Origin: an uncultured virus (IMG/VR IMGVR_UViG_3300021085_000013)
Taxonomy: Duplodnaviria; Heunggongvirae; Uroviricota; Caudoviricetes
Length of the DNA stretch: 64,000 nucleotides
Strand: one strand, 5' to 3'
IMG/VR virus record: IMGVR_UViG_3300021085_000013
Span: 1 to 64,000 of that record
Positions 19,692 through 28,494 of the stretch are shown here, piece by piece; position 1 is the first letter of the stretch; every line of letters starts with the position of its first letter. A model generated the notes under the pieces. That model ran no database searches. It saw nothing but the letters and a program-made list of their open reading frames with translations, and was not told where the DNA came from. Made by a program: the position numbers and the translations under genes.

Positions 19692-21005
19692 TTATAAGCT
19701 GTGTATGTTAGAATTAGTAACTTCATCGGTCTCTGTAAGTCTCATGTAATTATAGTTAATTCCTAATTTACATTTAGATCCTCTACCTTCACCGTCTCGT
19801 ATTTTCAATATTTTAAGCCAGTATTCATAACTAGCTCTCATCATATCGTCTTGTATAATACCAAGCATAATATCTGCAGTATGCGATAGACCTGCTGATT
19901 CTGCAACATCTGTCATTGTGATATCGCTTGAATTATAACCGTTTCTTGTAATCTGTGTTGCTGTTACAATCAACCATCCGTTTCTTACACCCATTGCTCT
20001 AAGATCTTCCGCGATTTGCTTGATCTTAAGATATGTGTTTTCAGAATTAGGATTTCTAAAATTAGAAAGAATATTAATATAGTCAATAACTACTGCACCG
20101 AGTTTTATCTTTCTTTCTTCTTCAATTTGCTTTAAGTATGCTTCAATATCTGGAACAGTTGCCTGTGATGTTGGAAATTGCTTTACAAATAATTGACCAG
20201 GGGGAGTAAAGCCATCTCCTACTGTTTCTAATTTTCTTTTAATTAGATCAGAATTTTTAGATTTTTCTTCGTATTCTGAAATATCTATGCCTAGTAGATT
20301 TGAACCGATTCTTTTCATAAATTTAGGTGCTGACATTTCTGCAGTTATGACGGCAGTGTTAGTTCCCATCTTTACAAAATTAGCTGCATCGTTAGCAAGA
20401 TAAATTGATTTACCAATATTCTGTTCACCTACATAAACAACTAGAGAGCCATCTTTATCATAACCACCATTTAATGCTCGATCTAAAAAGTTATATCCAG
20501 TAGATACTTTAACTGCATCTTCGAAAGAGTGATCCTCTGGTTTAAAGAAGTCTAATCCTAGGTCAGAGTTAAATACGATAGAGTTTCTATCATTAATTAA
20601 AGTTTTAACCTTAGAAATGATAGAGTCTGCATTATCCGGTGTTACTTCAGTTGTTTTAATATACTCAATAGTATCTATAAGAGTGTTATCAAAATTACGC
20701 CATTTAATCCATGCTTCAGCAGTGGAAGTTAACCACTCTTCATCGTATTGATCTAGGTCTACATTATATACAATATCTATAATCGACTCTTCGACCTTTC
20801 CTGAAATCTTATCATTTTTAATAAGTAGTTTCATTTGCTCGCTAGAAGGAGTTTCATGAAACTTATCATAGAACTTAGTAGCAAGGAAGTGTATTAAGTC
20901 AATATCTTCTGAGGTGTAAAATCCTCGTTTAATATTTCCTAGATACTTAGGTTTCTGTAAAGATAACTTAAAGAATATTTTTTCAAAATCAGGTCCAAAT
21001 TTCAT
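19692..21005 (-). CDS. gp41: Replicative helicase (gp41/DnaB family)
   Basis: STGY-FLD, GEQNIGKS, ITAEM, VIDYINI, TATQITR, AESAGL. Confidence 0.93.
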   Translation of the reverse strand: MKFGPDFEKIFFKLSLQKPKYLGNIKRGFYTSEDIDLIHFLATKFYDKFHETPSSEQMKLLIKNDKISGKVEESIIDIVYNVDLDQYDEEWLTSTAEAWIKWRNFDNTLIDTIEYIKTTEVTPDNADSIISKVKTLINDRNSIVFNSDLGLDFFKPEDHSFEDAVKVSTGYNFLDRALNGGYDKDGSLVVYVGEQNIGKSIYLANDAANFVKMGTNTAVITAEMSAPKFMKRIGSNLLGIDISEYEEKSKNSDLIKRKLETVGDGFTPPGQLFVKQFPTSQATVPDIEAYLKQIEEERKIKLGAVVIDYINILSNFRNPNSENTYLKIKQIAEDLRAMGVRNGWLIVTATQITRNGYNSSDITMTDVAESAGLSHTADIMLGIIQDDMMRASYEYWLKILKIRDGEGRGSKCKLGINYNYMRLTETDEVTNSNIHSL

Positions 21006-21021
21006 ATTATAGTTTTTATAC

Positions 21022-21603
21022 TTATTCTACCACCAAATCACCTTTTGTTTTCGCATAAGGTATTTCTGACCATAAATTAATCGCAATTGCTTTTCTTGTT
21101 CCCTTTGTAACGATGTCAACTGCATGCACATCTTCACCTGCCCTAAATATAATTAATCTATTAGGTCTGGTTTGTATTACATCTGGCTTTTTATCTTTAC
21201 CCGCAGTATGAACAATAAGTTCACCTCCTTCAAAGTCTGCCTGTGGTGGATAATATACGGTCCCTATCACTGGTGTAATAATTTCTCCAGTTTCTTTAAA
21301 CCATGATTCATCTTTGTCAAAATGAAAACCTAAATTATTTTTAAAACCTAGTTCTTTATTTGCAGTTTGAATACCTGTCCAATATTCAAACCCTGATATA
21401 TCCCACACCTCAGATATTGGGCAATCGTTTGCCCATATAGCTGATATAAGCCTTTGCTTTACCGTAGGTTCATGGCCTGGTTCTTCGTTGAACCATCCTT
21501 TCCACCAGTAATAAACACCAGGATCTGCGAAAAATGTATTATCATTTGCAATATCCCTAAGCAGTTTTTCATCTTTAATAAAGTTGTCTCTAATTGTTAT
21601 CAT
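21022..21603 (-). CDS. 2OG-Fe(II) dioxygenase
   Basis: HFD (HxD), FEGGEL, RPNRLIIF, HAV, R-x-A-I motifs. Confidence 0.85.
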   Translation of the reverse strand: MITIRDNFIKDEKLLRDIANDNTFFADPGVYYWWKGWFNEEPGHEPTVKQRLISAIWANDCPISEVWDISGFEYWTGIQTANKELGFKNNLGFHFDKDESWFKETGEIITPVIGTVYYPPQADFEGGELIVHTAGKDKKPDVIQTRPNRLIIFRAGEDVHAVDIVTKGTRKAIAINLWSEIPYAKTKGDLVVE

Positions 21604-21911
21604 AAGAATGGGTTAATTAATATTTTATAAGCTTCCTTTCCTTCCTTTGAATTGGTTTGTTCTATTAGTCCCATACCAATCGCTTCAATTAATCCGGATT
21701 CTACATTTTCATTTTTTCCTTTTGCGAAATATTTATTAAGAGCATGTTTAGTGAAAGAAGCCTTTTGTCTGTCGGGCTGTCTCACTGCTCTAGTTATAAA
21801 TATATGCATAATGTCAAATGCATCTGGAAAAGATTCTAATTCTTCTTGTATTCCTAGGATATATTTAATCGGAAGCTTGTCTTCGTTTATTTTGTTTATA
21901 TTCAACTTCAT
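21600..21911 (-). CDS. Hypothetical protein, possible winged helix
   Basis: 103 aa coupled to neighbours; GLIEQ...YKI wing-like end. Confidence 0.55.
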   Translation of the reverse strand: MKLNINKINEDKLPIKYILGIQEELESFPDAFDIMHIFITRAVRQPDRQKASFTKHALNKYFAKGKNENVESGLIEAIGMGLIEQTNSKEGKEAYKILINPFL

Positions 21912-23020
21912 TATGCCTCACTATCTTCTAACATTTCTTCTACGTCAATTTGAGAAATTTCAGTATTGTAATTAAATATTGGTTGAATGTGTGATTCGAT
22001 TTGTTCTAAGACAGTTTGTGTAAATACCATTTCAGAAAAGAAATCTTTATTTGCAACAGTATGATCTAGGTGTTTACATATCCATGTTCTTGCTGTTGCC
22101 TTTGGAATCTTTTCTCCCTTTACGATATTTCCTCTAGTAATTCCACAAATATCCCATGTAGCATATTGTTCTAATCCAACGTAAGGATTCATACCTTCTG
22201 TAAAGTTTAAGTGAAACTTAATAGGATGTGGCTTTGCAAATCTATTTTTATCAGGTTTAGCCGTAACTATGATACCTACCTTTTCAGCTCCGTCCTTTAA
22301 TTGAGCCTTGTTTAACATCAATACAATTGATGCTGCATACTGTGGTCCTGTTCCACCACCTGCAATTTGCATAGGAATAAAGGACTGGGATTGATATGTG
22401 TGGTTTGTAAATAAGAAAGGTATTTTAAGATCTGCTAATGGAGTCATTATAATTCTAAAGATAGATTTTAAAACCTTAGATCTAGTCATATCTGATTTAT
22501 CAGAACCGCTTGCTGCATCTGCTATTTCTTTCGCTGTTGCTAGGTTACCAGCAGAATCTAAAATAATCATTACTTTAGGAACTTCACCGCCGGCTCTTTT
22601 AGCTTCTTGCATTTTCTTAGTAATAGTGGTTACAGAAGTTCTAAAATCCTGAACAGTGTTTGTTGGCTGATAGTTAACTTTAGAAGTATCTATGCCGAAC
22701 TTTTCCATTTGTTCCTTATCAACTGCCGCTTCTGAATCATAATAGATTACGCTATACCCTTTATCGATGGCTTCTCTAACAGTGTTTAACATTAAGAATG
22801 TTTTACCTGTTCCTGAAGGACCTGCAATAGATGATGATCTATTATTAGGCCATCCTTTAAAAAGTGAACCTGATACACATGCGTTTAAGTGATAATTCCC
22901 CGTGTGAATCCAATCTGTTACTTCTGAAAAGTTAGAACTTTCCATAATAGAACCTAGTGGATTAATATTAGCTAATTCGCTATTTAAATCGTCGAATGTA
23001 AAATCTTTATTTTTTGCCAT
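21911..23020 (-). CDS. uvsX: RecA-like recombinase
   Basis: GPSGTGKT, YYDSEAA, ILDSAGNL, TNHTY, GGGTGPQYAAS, KNRF. Confidence 0.93.
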   Translation of the reverse strand: MAKNKDFTFDDLNSELANINPLGSIMESSNFSEVTDWIHTGNYHLNACVSGSLFKGWPNNRSSSIAGPSGTGKTFLMLNTVREAIDKGYSVIYYDSEAAVDKEQMEKFGIDTSKVNYQPTNTVQDFRTSVTTITKKMQEAKRAGGEVPKVMIILDSAGNLATAKEIADAASGSDKSDMTRSKVLKSIFRIIMTPLADLKIPFLFTNHTYQSQSFIPMQIAGGGTGPQYAASIVLMLNKAQLKDGAEKVGIIVTAKPDKNRFAKPHPIKFHLNFTEGMNPYVGLEQYATWDICGITRGNIVKGEKIPKATARTWICKHLDHTVANKDFFSEMVFTQTVLEQIESHIQPIFNYNTEISQIDVEEMLEDSEA

Positions 23021-23195
23021 TTTTAAATATGTTTTTTTCTTTTTTTCTTAGTGTTTCTAGTTCTTTAATAAGAACACTGGATTCTTCTTTTATAGAATCC
23101 ATTTTTTCTTGAAGAGAAGTCAATTTATTGTAAATCATTTTGTATTTTACGACAAATTCCTGTTGTTCTTCGGTAAGTGTGTTTGGATCAAGCAT
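23007..23195 (-). CDS. Small coiled-coil hypothetical protein
   Basis: 62 aa, overlaps both neighbours in operon. Confidence 0.55.
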   Translation of the reverse strand: MLDPNTLTEEQQEFVVKYKMIYNKLTSLQEKMDSIKEESSVLIKELETLRKKEKNIFKNGKK

Positions 23196-23364
23196 TGTTT
23201 TTTCTTTCTTCTATTTCGTCAAAGATACTAATTTGTTTAGGATCATTTGAAATTGTTTTTTCTTTAAAAATTAAAGGCCAAATCATTTTTCTTACCTTAT
23301 CTCCTAATTCATAATTATTAGGGGTTTGTTCAACCAACTCTATTATTTTACTTTTAAAATCCAT
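23188..23364 (-). CDS. Small protein (58 aa) missed by ORF track
   Basis: Manual translation MDFKSKIIELVEQTPNNYELGDKVRKMIWPLIFKEKTISNDPKQISIFDEIEERKNNA; fills the gap exactly. Confidence 0.65.
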   Translation of the reverse strand: MDFKSKIIELVEQTPNNYELGDKVRKMIWPLIFKEKTISNDPKQISIFDEIEERKNNA

Positions 23365-23375
23365 TTTGTTTATTT

Positions 23376-24575
23376 TTAGAATAATGAAGATGAATATATT
23401 AGATTTCTGTTTAGTCTCTGAAGACCTACTGAAGATAATACTCTATTGATAGGATCTATTACAGATTTTTCAAATTGTGTTTCATAATCTACCTGTGGTG
23501 CAATTTCATAAGGATGGGCACCTGGTTGATATGCATACATTTCACATACATTATGTTTACAATGATATAATTTTAGCTTTTCGCCATTACCAATCATTTT
23601 ATACTTGTTTTTATATTTTGGATTCTGATTCATTAAGAAGTTATAGAATCCTGCTGCCTTGACGTTCGGAGGACATTTTAAACCATATTGAAATTCTATC
23701 GTATCATCTACAATGTATTTTTCAATATTATTAGTTCTTTTATTGAAAGCTATTTCATCAACATTAGACATCTTAAACTCTTTCTTTGCCGTTTTCAAAA
23801 AAGAAACTAATCTACTTAACATCTCTGCAGTTGGCTTTTCAGATAAAATCAATTTAAGAGCTTCAGTCAAATGCTTTCTTGCTAATGTAGGAGTAGAAGA
23901 TTGAATAGTATCGAATCCGATCGTCTTAATCTTCTTAAGGGAAGGGTATCTGTCGTCTACTTCAAGCTTATCTTCCCATGCAATGTCTTGTAAATATTTC
24001 TTTTTAGCTAACCATATTCCTGAATATGCAATTGTTTCTAAATCGAAATATAAAAAGTTGTCCGTATTCGTAACTTCGGCATACTTTGCCATACATTTCG
24101 TGATATAGTCTTTGATTCTGAACGTATATAATTCCATAATAAACTTATCAATTGGTAGTTTATTATCTCCTAGCCATTCAATAGATTCATACATTTCTTC
24201 AAACTGAACGTAACATGAATCAGTATCTATATAGACCACGGAAGGTCTTACTAATTTATTCTTAATAGAAATATTAAAGTGCTCGTGGACTACAGTATCT
24301 TTAGGCCAAAACTCTTGAAAATATTTATTAAGAATCTTTTCAGAATATAGAATTGCATTCTGTCCTTGTAATGTAATAGATTCTGCAATGTCTATATTAA
24401 AAAAGTGAAACCACTTATTACCAAATGCACCATAAATCGAGTTAAGAGTTACTTTAACGGCCTGTTCGTATGCAGTAAACTTGGCGGACATCGTCTGATA
24501 GTGATCCGCCAAGATTTGCATTTCATCCCTTGTAAGGTCGTCTTCGGGCTTGTTAATTAGTGTGTTTATATCCAT
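23376..24575 (-). CDS. gp43: Family B DNA polymerase, C-terminal half (fingers/palm/thumb)
   Basis: Motif B KVTLNSIYG, AESITLQGQ, motif C YIDTDS, KKKY, QSSTP. Confidence 0.92.
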   Translation of the reverse strand: MDINTLINKPEDDLTRDEMQILADHYQTMSAKFTAYEQAVKVTLNSIYGAFGNKWFHFFNIDIAESITLQGQNAILYSEKILNKYFQEFWPKDTVVHEHFNISIKNKLVRPSVVYIDTDSCYVQFEEMYESIEWLGDNKLPIDKFIMELYTFRIKDYITKCMAKYAEVTNTDNFLYFDLETIAYSGIWLAKKKYLQDIAWEDKLEVDDRYPSLKKIKTIGFDTIQSSTPTLARKHLTEALKLILSEKPTAEMLSRLVSFLKTAKKEFKMSNVDEIAFNKRTNNIEKYIVDDTIEFQYGLKCPPNVKAAGFYNFLMNQNPKYKNKYKMIGNGEKLKLYHCKHNVCEMYAYQPGAHPYEIAPQVDYETQFEKSVIDPINRVLSSVGLQRLNRNLIYSSSLF

Positions 24576-24578
24576 AAA

Positions 24579-25334
24579 TTACTCTGCTGTTTGGCAAGTT
24601 GCAATCGTTAGCAAAGTTTCTGAATCATTAGATCTAAGAACTACTCTATTATCTAATACATGAGCAGTATAATCTTCTTTATCTAAAAGGTTAAGATATT
24701 TTTTGAATAATGTAACGTTAGTTCCTGATTCACCGTCATAATCTGGTGTTACTAACATGTTGTAGGTTTTTCCTAAAAGCTTTACACCGTTTCCGTTTGC
24801 ATTAATCGAGAACGTTTCTTCTTTATCTAAAGAGAATAGGTTTCTTACCTTTGCAAGTGAAGTGTAATCTAAATCGAATTTAAAAGTAGAAGCTTCAGTG
24901 TTAAAGATACCTTGAATCTGTGCATCAGTTAGATCTTTATATCCTAAAGATGGTTCTGAACATGCGAGTGTAATTTCTAATTCATCGTTAAAGATCTTGA
25001 ATGTAGTTGCAACACAATCTTCTTCGTTTTCAACAAATTCGATTTCTGCAGAAATAGCGTCATAGTCAAATTGTTTGAATGCATCTGTTATTTTAGAAGC
25101 GTCAAAGAATGCAATCTTTAATTCCTTGTCTGTAGAGATTTCACCATCTTCGATTTGAAAAACTTGAGAAATCGGCATTCTGTGATGCTTAACAGCATCT
25201 CTTTGTGGTAAATAAGCGGATGCCTGTACGACACCGTCTTTTAATTTAAAATAGACAAAAGAATCAATTACTTTAAGTCTATTAACGAAGCCGATGAAGT
25301 TGTTTGAATCGACCTTACTGATTGAAATTTTCAT
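24579..25334 (-). CDS. Putative sliding clamp (gp45/PCNA-like)
   Basis: 251 aa, acidic, two-repeat alpha/beta pattern, directly upstream of polymerase; clamp loader present in window. Confidence 0.55.
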   Translation of the reverse strand: MKISISKVDSNNFIGFVNRLKVIDSFVYFKLKDGVVQASAYLPQRDAVKHHRMPISQVFQIEDGEISTDKELKIAFFDASKITDAFKQFDYDAISAEIEFVENEEDCVATTFKIFNDELEITLACSEPSLGYKDLTDAQIQGIFNTEASTFKFDLDYTSLAKVRNLFSLDKEETFSINANGNGVKLLGKTYNMLVTPDYDGESGTNVTLFKKYLNLLDKEDYTAHVLDNRVVLRSNDSETLLTIATCQTAE

Positions 25335-25391
25335 GAATGTATAATTTTTATTTGTTTATTATTCTACACAAAAATCACAAATAGTTTCAGT

Positions 25392-25430
25392 AAAAAAAGT
25401 GAGGCCAGGAAGTAGCGAACTCCTGGCCTC
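25392..25430 (-). terminator. Terminator after nrdA (last of three hairpins)
   Basis: 10-bp stem gaggccagga/tcctggcctc, 10-nt loop, U7 tract on minus strand. Confidence 0.8.
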
Positions 25431-25480
25431 GATCCGAGAACTATCTCGGTCCTAAGAAGTGGACTTAACCACAACTAATC

Positions 25481-27331
25481 TTATCCATCACATGCTAAAC
25501 AATCTTCCATTGCTCGCTGTGCGATGTCTCCTCTTAATACAGATTCTGTTCTCATGTAATAAAGAGTTTTTATTCCCTGCTTATAAGCTTCTAAATGAAC
25601 TTGATTAATATATTTAGGTTCAGCCTGTGTAGGAAAAGCTAAATTTAATGAAACTGCTTGATCAATATATTGTTGTCTTACACCAGCTTGTTTAACCAAT
25701 TCCATTTGATTAATTTCTTTAAAGGTTCTAAATACATCTTTAACAGAAATATAAAGATCCTTTTCATGATCTATTAATTTGTCATAAGCAAGTTGCTTAA
25801 TCGGAGCATCATTGCTTCCTTCCTTTACCCAATATTCTTCTAATATATCAACGCCTTGAACTGAACCACCGTCTTCTAGTATTTTGTCCCATACTGTTTT
25901 CTTATTTTGCTTAATCTTAGTTAACATATCTTCTAGCGCAGGGTTCTTTCTGATAAAAGTTCCTTTTGCAGTTTGTTCAGTAAATACATTTGCTGCCCAT
26001 GGTTCAATACCCGGTGAAACATTTCCTGCTAATTTAGAATTAGAAACAGTAGGAGCAATTGCTCTTAAGTGGGTGTTTCTCATTCCAGTTCCTACACACC
26101 AAAGAGGTTCTCCAAATTCTGTAGCTAAATCTCTACTTGCTCTTTCACTTTCTACTTTGATTTGTGAAAATATCTTTCTAGTTTCAAATTGAGCTGTTAA
26201 AGAATCGAATGGAATATTTCTATCTTGTAAATAAGTATGCCATCCAAGAACTCCTAAACCTAGTGCTCTACCCTTTTCAGCAGATCTTACTGCATTTTCA
26301 AAGCCTCTCATATATTTCGCTCTATGAATAAACTCTTGAAGAACTCCATCTAAAAAGTAAGTTGCAGTATAAATTAAATCAGTATCTTTCCATTCTTCAT
26401 ATCTTTTAAGATTCACAGAAGATAAACAGCATACAAATGAATGATTTTCATCAGTGTGTAGAGTAATCTCAGAACAGATGTTAGTCATATAAACCTTTAA
26501 ACCATTTTGTTTATATGCATCGGGATTCATTCTATTAATATTACCCTTAAACATTATATAAGGTTCTCCCGTTGCTCTTCTTTTTCTAATCACGGCAGCC
26601 CATCTTTTACGAGCTTCTTTATCTCCAGCCTCGATCTTTTGCATAAACCCATCAGATACTACAATACATTGATGTACGTTTAAACATTGTCTGTTTACAT
26701 CACCCTTAGGTTCTCTAACCTCTAACCATTCCCAGAAATCATCATGTTCTATATCTATATTGACTGATGCTGCACCTCTTCTTACTGAACCCTGATTAGT
26801 TGCTAAAATAGTAGAATCGTAAATTTTTATAAATGGAACTACTCCGTCTGAAGTTCCGTTTCCTGTAATAGTTGCTCCTGCCGGTCTTATTTGATTTACT
26901 CCGATGCCAACACCACCTCCATGTTTAGCAAGTAACATTAATTCTAAATTCTTTGAACCTATGTCGTGAATTGAATCTGCTACATCTATACCAAAACATG
27001 AAATTGGAAGACCTCTTTCTGAACCTGTGTTTGAAAAAACTGGAGTTGCAAGATTTAACCATCCTTTCCACATATAATCAAAGAATTTACTTGCTAATTC
27101 TGGCTTTCTTAATCTTTGTGCAACTGTCGTTGATACTCTCCAGTATGCATCTTTTGGAGTTTCTCCTTCTAGTAAATATCCTTTGGAAACGGTCTTTACA
27201 TAAACTTCAGTATTAGCCCATACTGGGAAGTCTACTCCTAATTTCCATCCTTCAGATTCTCCGAAGTTTCTTTCTTTTCCCTTTTCATTGTATTCGGGGT
27301 TTGGTGCGTCGTTGTAATTTCTTATCATCAT
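25481..27331 (-). CDS. nrdA: Class I ribonucleotide reductase alpha subunit, no ATP cone
   Basis: PISCF, GGGVG, NQGSVRRGA, TNICSEI, AIAPT, KTLYY, C-terminal CLACDG. Confidence 0.95.
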   Translation of the reverse strand: MMIRNYNDAPNPEYNEKGKERNFGESEGWKLGVDFPVWANTEVYVKTVSKGYLLEGETPKDAYWRVSTTVAQRLRKPELASKFFDYMWKGWLNLATPVFSNTGSERGLPISCFGIDVADSIHDIGSKNLELMLLAKHGGGVGIGVNQIRPAGATITGNGTSDGVVPFIKIYDSTILATNQGSVRRGAASVNIDIEHDDFWEWLEVREPKGDVNRQCLNVHQCIVVSDGFMQKIEAGDKEARKRWAAVIRKRRATGEPYIMFKGNINRMNPDAYKQNGLKVYMTNICSEITLHTDENHSFVCCLSSVNLKRYEEWKDTDLIYTATYFLDGVLQEFIHRAKYMRGFENAVRSAEKGRALGLGVLGWHTYLQDRNIPFDSLTAQFETRKIFSQIKVESERASRDLATEFGEPLWCVGTGMRNTHLRAIAPTVSNSKLAGNVSPGIEPWAANVFTEQTAKGTFIRKNPALEDMLTKIKQNKKTVWDKILEDGGSVQGVDILEEYWVKEGSNDAPIKQLAYDKLIDHEKDLYISVKDVFRTFKEINQMELVKQAGVRQQYIDQAVSLNLAFPTQAEPKYINQVHLEAYKQGIKTLYYMRTESVLRGDIAQRAMEDCLACDG

Positions 27332-27358
27332 ATATTTTATATTAGAATTATTGATTTG

Positions 27359-28366
27359 TTATGAAAACAAATCGTCTTCATCCCAGTTTTCATCTTCGCC
27401 TGCTTTAGAATAATCAGTAGGTCTTACTGCGAAGAAATCTGTATGTGTATGTCCACCTGTTAGGTGATAAAACCAATCTAATTCAGAAGCACTTTCTTCG
27501 TTGTATTCAAAAATAGATTGATATCCTAGTTCTGCTAATTTCTCATTAGCTCTTTTCTTAATAAATTCTTTAAGATCTTCTTTCTTAAGATTTTCTAAAT
27601 CTCCCATCTCAAACATTTTATCAATAAATTTCATTTCCATTTCAACCATTAATCTAGCAGCTTCTTCAACCTGAGATTGAACTGAATCTCTAAGCTCAGT
27701 ATATTCTTCACACATGTGGTTAAACAATTGACATCCCATTTTTGAATGAAGAGATTCATCTCTAACTGACCACTTCATTTGTTGTCCAATTCCCTTAAGT
27801 TTATTTCTCATTTGAAAGGAATAAAGAACAGCGAATGAAGAGTATAATGCAACTCCTTCTCCAAATGCACTAAATATAGCCAAAGATCTAGCAACATCTT
27901 TCCTGGCTGAAGGGTTTTTTAATAGATCTTCATGTGAATATTCTGCCTCTGTGTTCATTAAATAATCAAATCTTTCTGCAGTTGTCGGTTCATGTAAGAA
28001 TGCTTCAAAATCCTCAAGACCTAATGTTTCATTTAAATAAGAATAAGCGGTTGCATGAATAGTTTCTTGAGAACCAAACAACATTGCCATGTGTTTGATT
28101 TCCCATTTAGGAAACCAATTAGTAACCATTCCTGTCCAATAATCTGAAACTGCACATTCAGTTTGTGCAAACCCCAAAAGAATATTTCCAACTAAATTCT
28201 TTTCAGAATCCGTAAGTGTTTCATTCCAATCCTTGACATCGCCTTGCATTGAAATTTCGGTATGTAACCAAAACGCCTGTGCTTGTTTTAACCATCCTTC
28301 AGTATAATATACTGGATATTCAAATGGTTTGTATTCTATTCTTTCTTTAAATATTGATGGTTTCAT
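27359..28366 (-). CDS. nrdB: Class I ribonucleotide reductase beta subunit
   Basis: KPFEYP, FW-HTEI, ETIHATAYS, EGVALYSSF, RDESLH, HTDFF. Confidence 0.95.
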   Translation of the reverse strand: MKPSIFKERIEYKPFEYPVYYTEGWLKQAQAFWLHTEISMQGDVKDWNETLTDSEKNLVGNILLGFAQTECAVSDYWTGMVTNWFPKWEIKHMAMLFGSQETIHATAYSYLNETLGLEDFEAFLHEPTTAERFDYLMNTEAEYSHEDLLKNPSARKDVARSLAIFSAFGEGVALYSSFAVLYSFQMRNKLKGIGQQMKWSVRDESLHSKMGCQLFNHMCEEYTELRDSVQSQVEEAARLMVEMEMKFIDKMFEMGDLENLKKEDLKEFIKKRANEKLAELGYQSIFEYNEESASELDWFYHLTGGHTHTDFFAVRPTDYSKAGEDENWDEDDLFS

Positions 28367-28494
28367 AAATTATGTTTTCTTAAATTTTTTAACTAGTTCC
28401 TAAAGTCTACAAAAGACCAACTGGTAACAGATTGGTCTCGTTAGTAGTCTATATATTCATGTAGAATAATAGACTGCCTCTCGAGACAAAAAGA

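Noticed and set aside
25392..25475. tRNA gene
   Set aside because: Three serial hairpins with no acceptor stem or T-loop consensus; no tRNA recognised anywhere in the window
24576..28494. Intron or split intein joining the polymerase halves
   Set aside because: No intein terminal motifs or homing endonuclease seen; the interval holds ordinary genes with their own promoter and terminator
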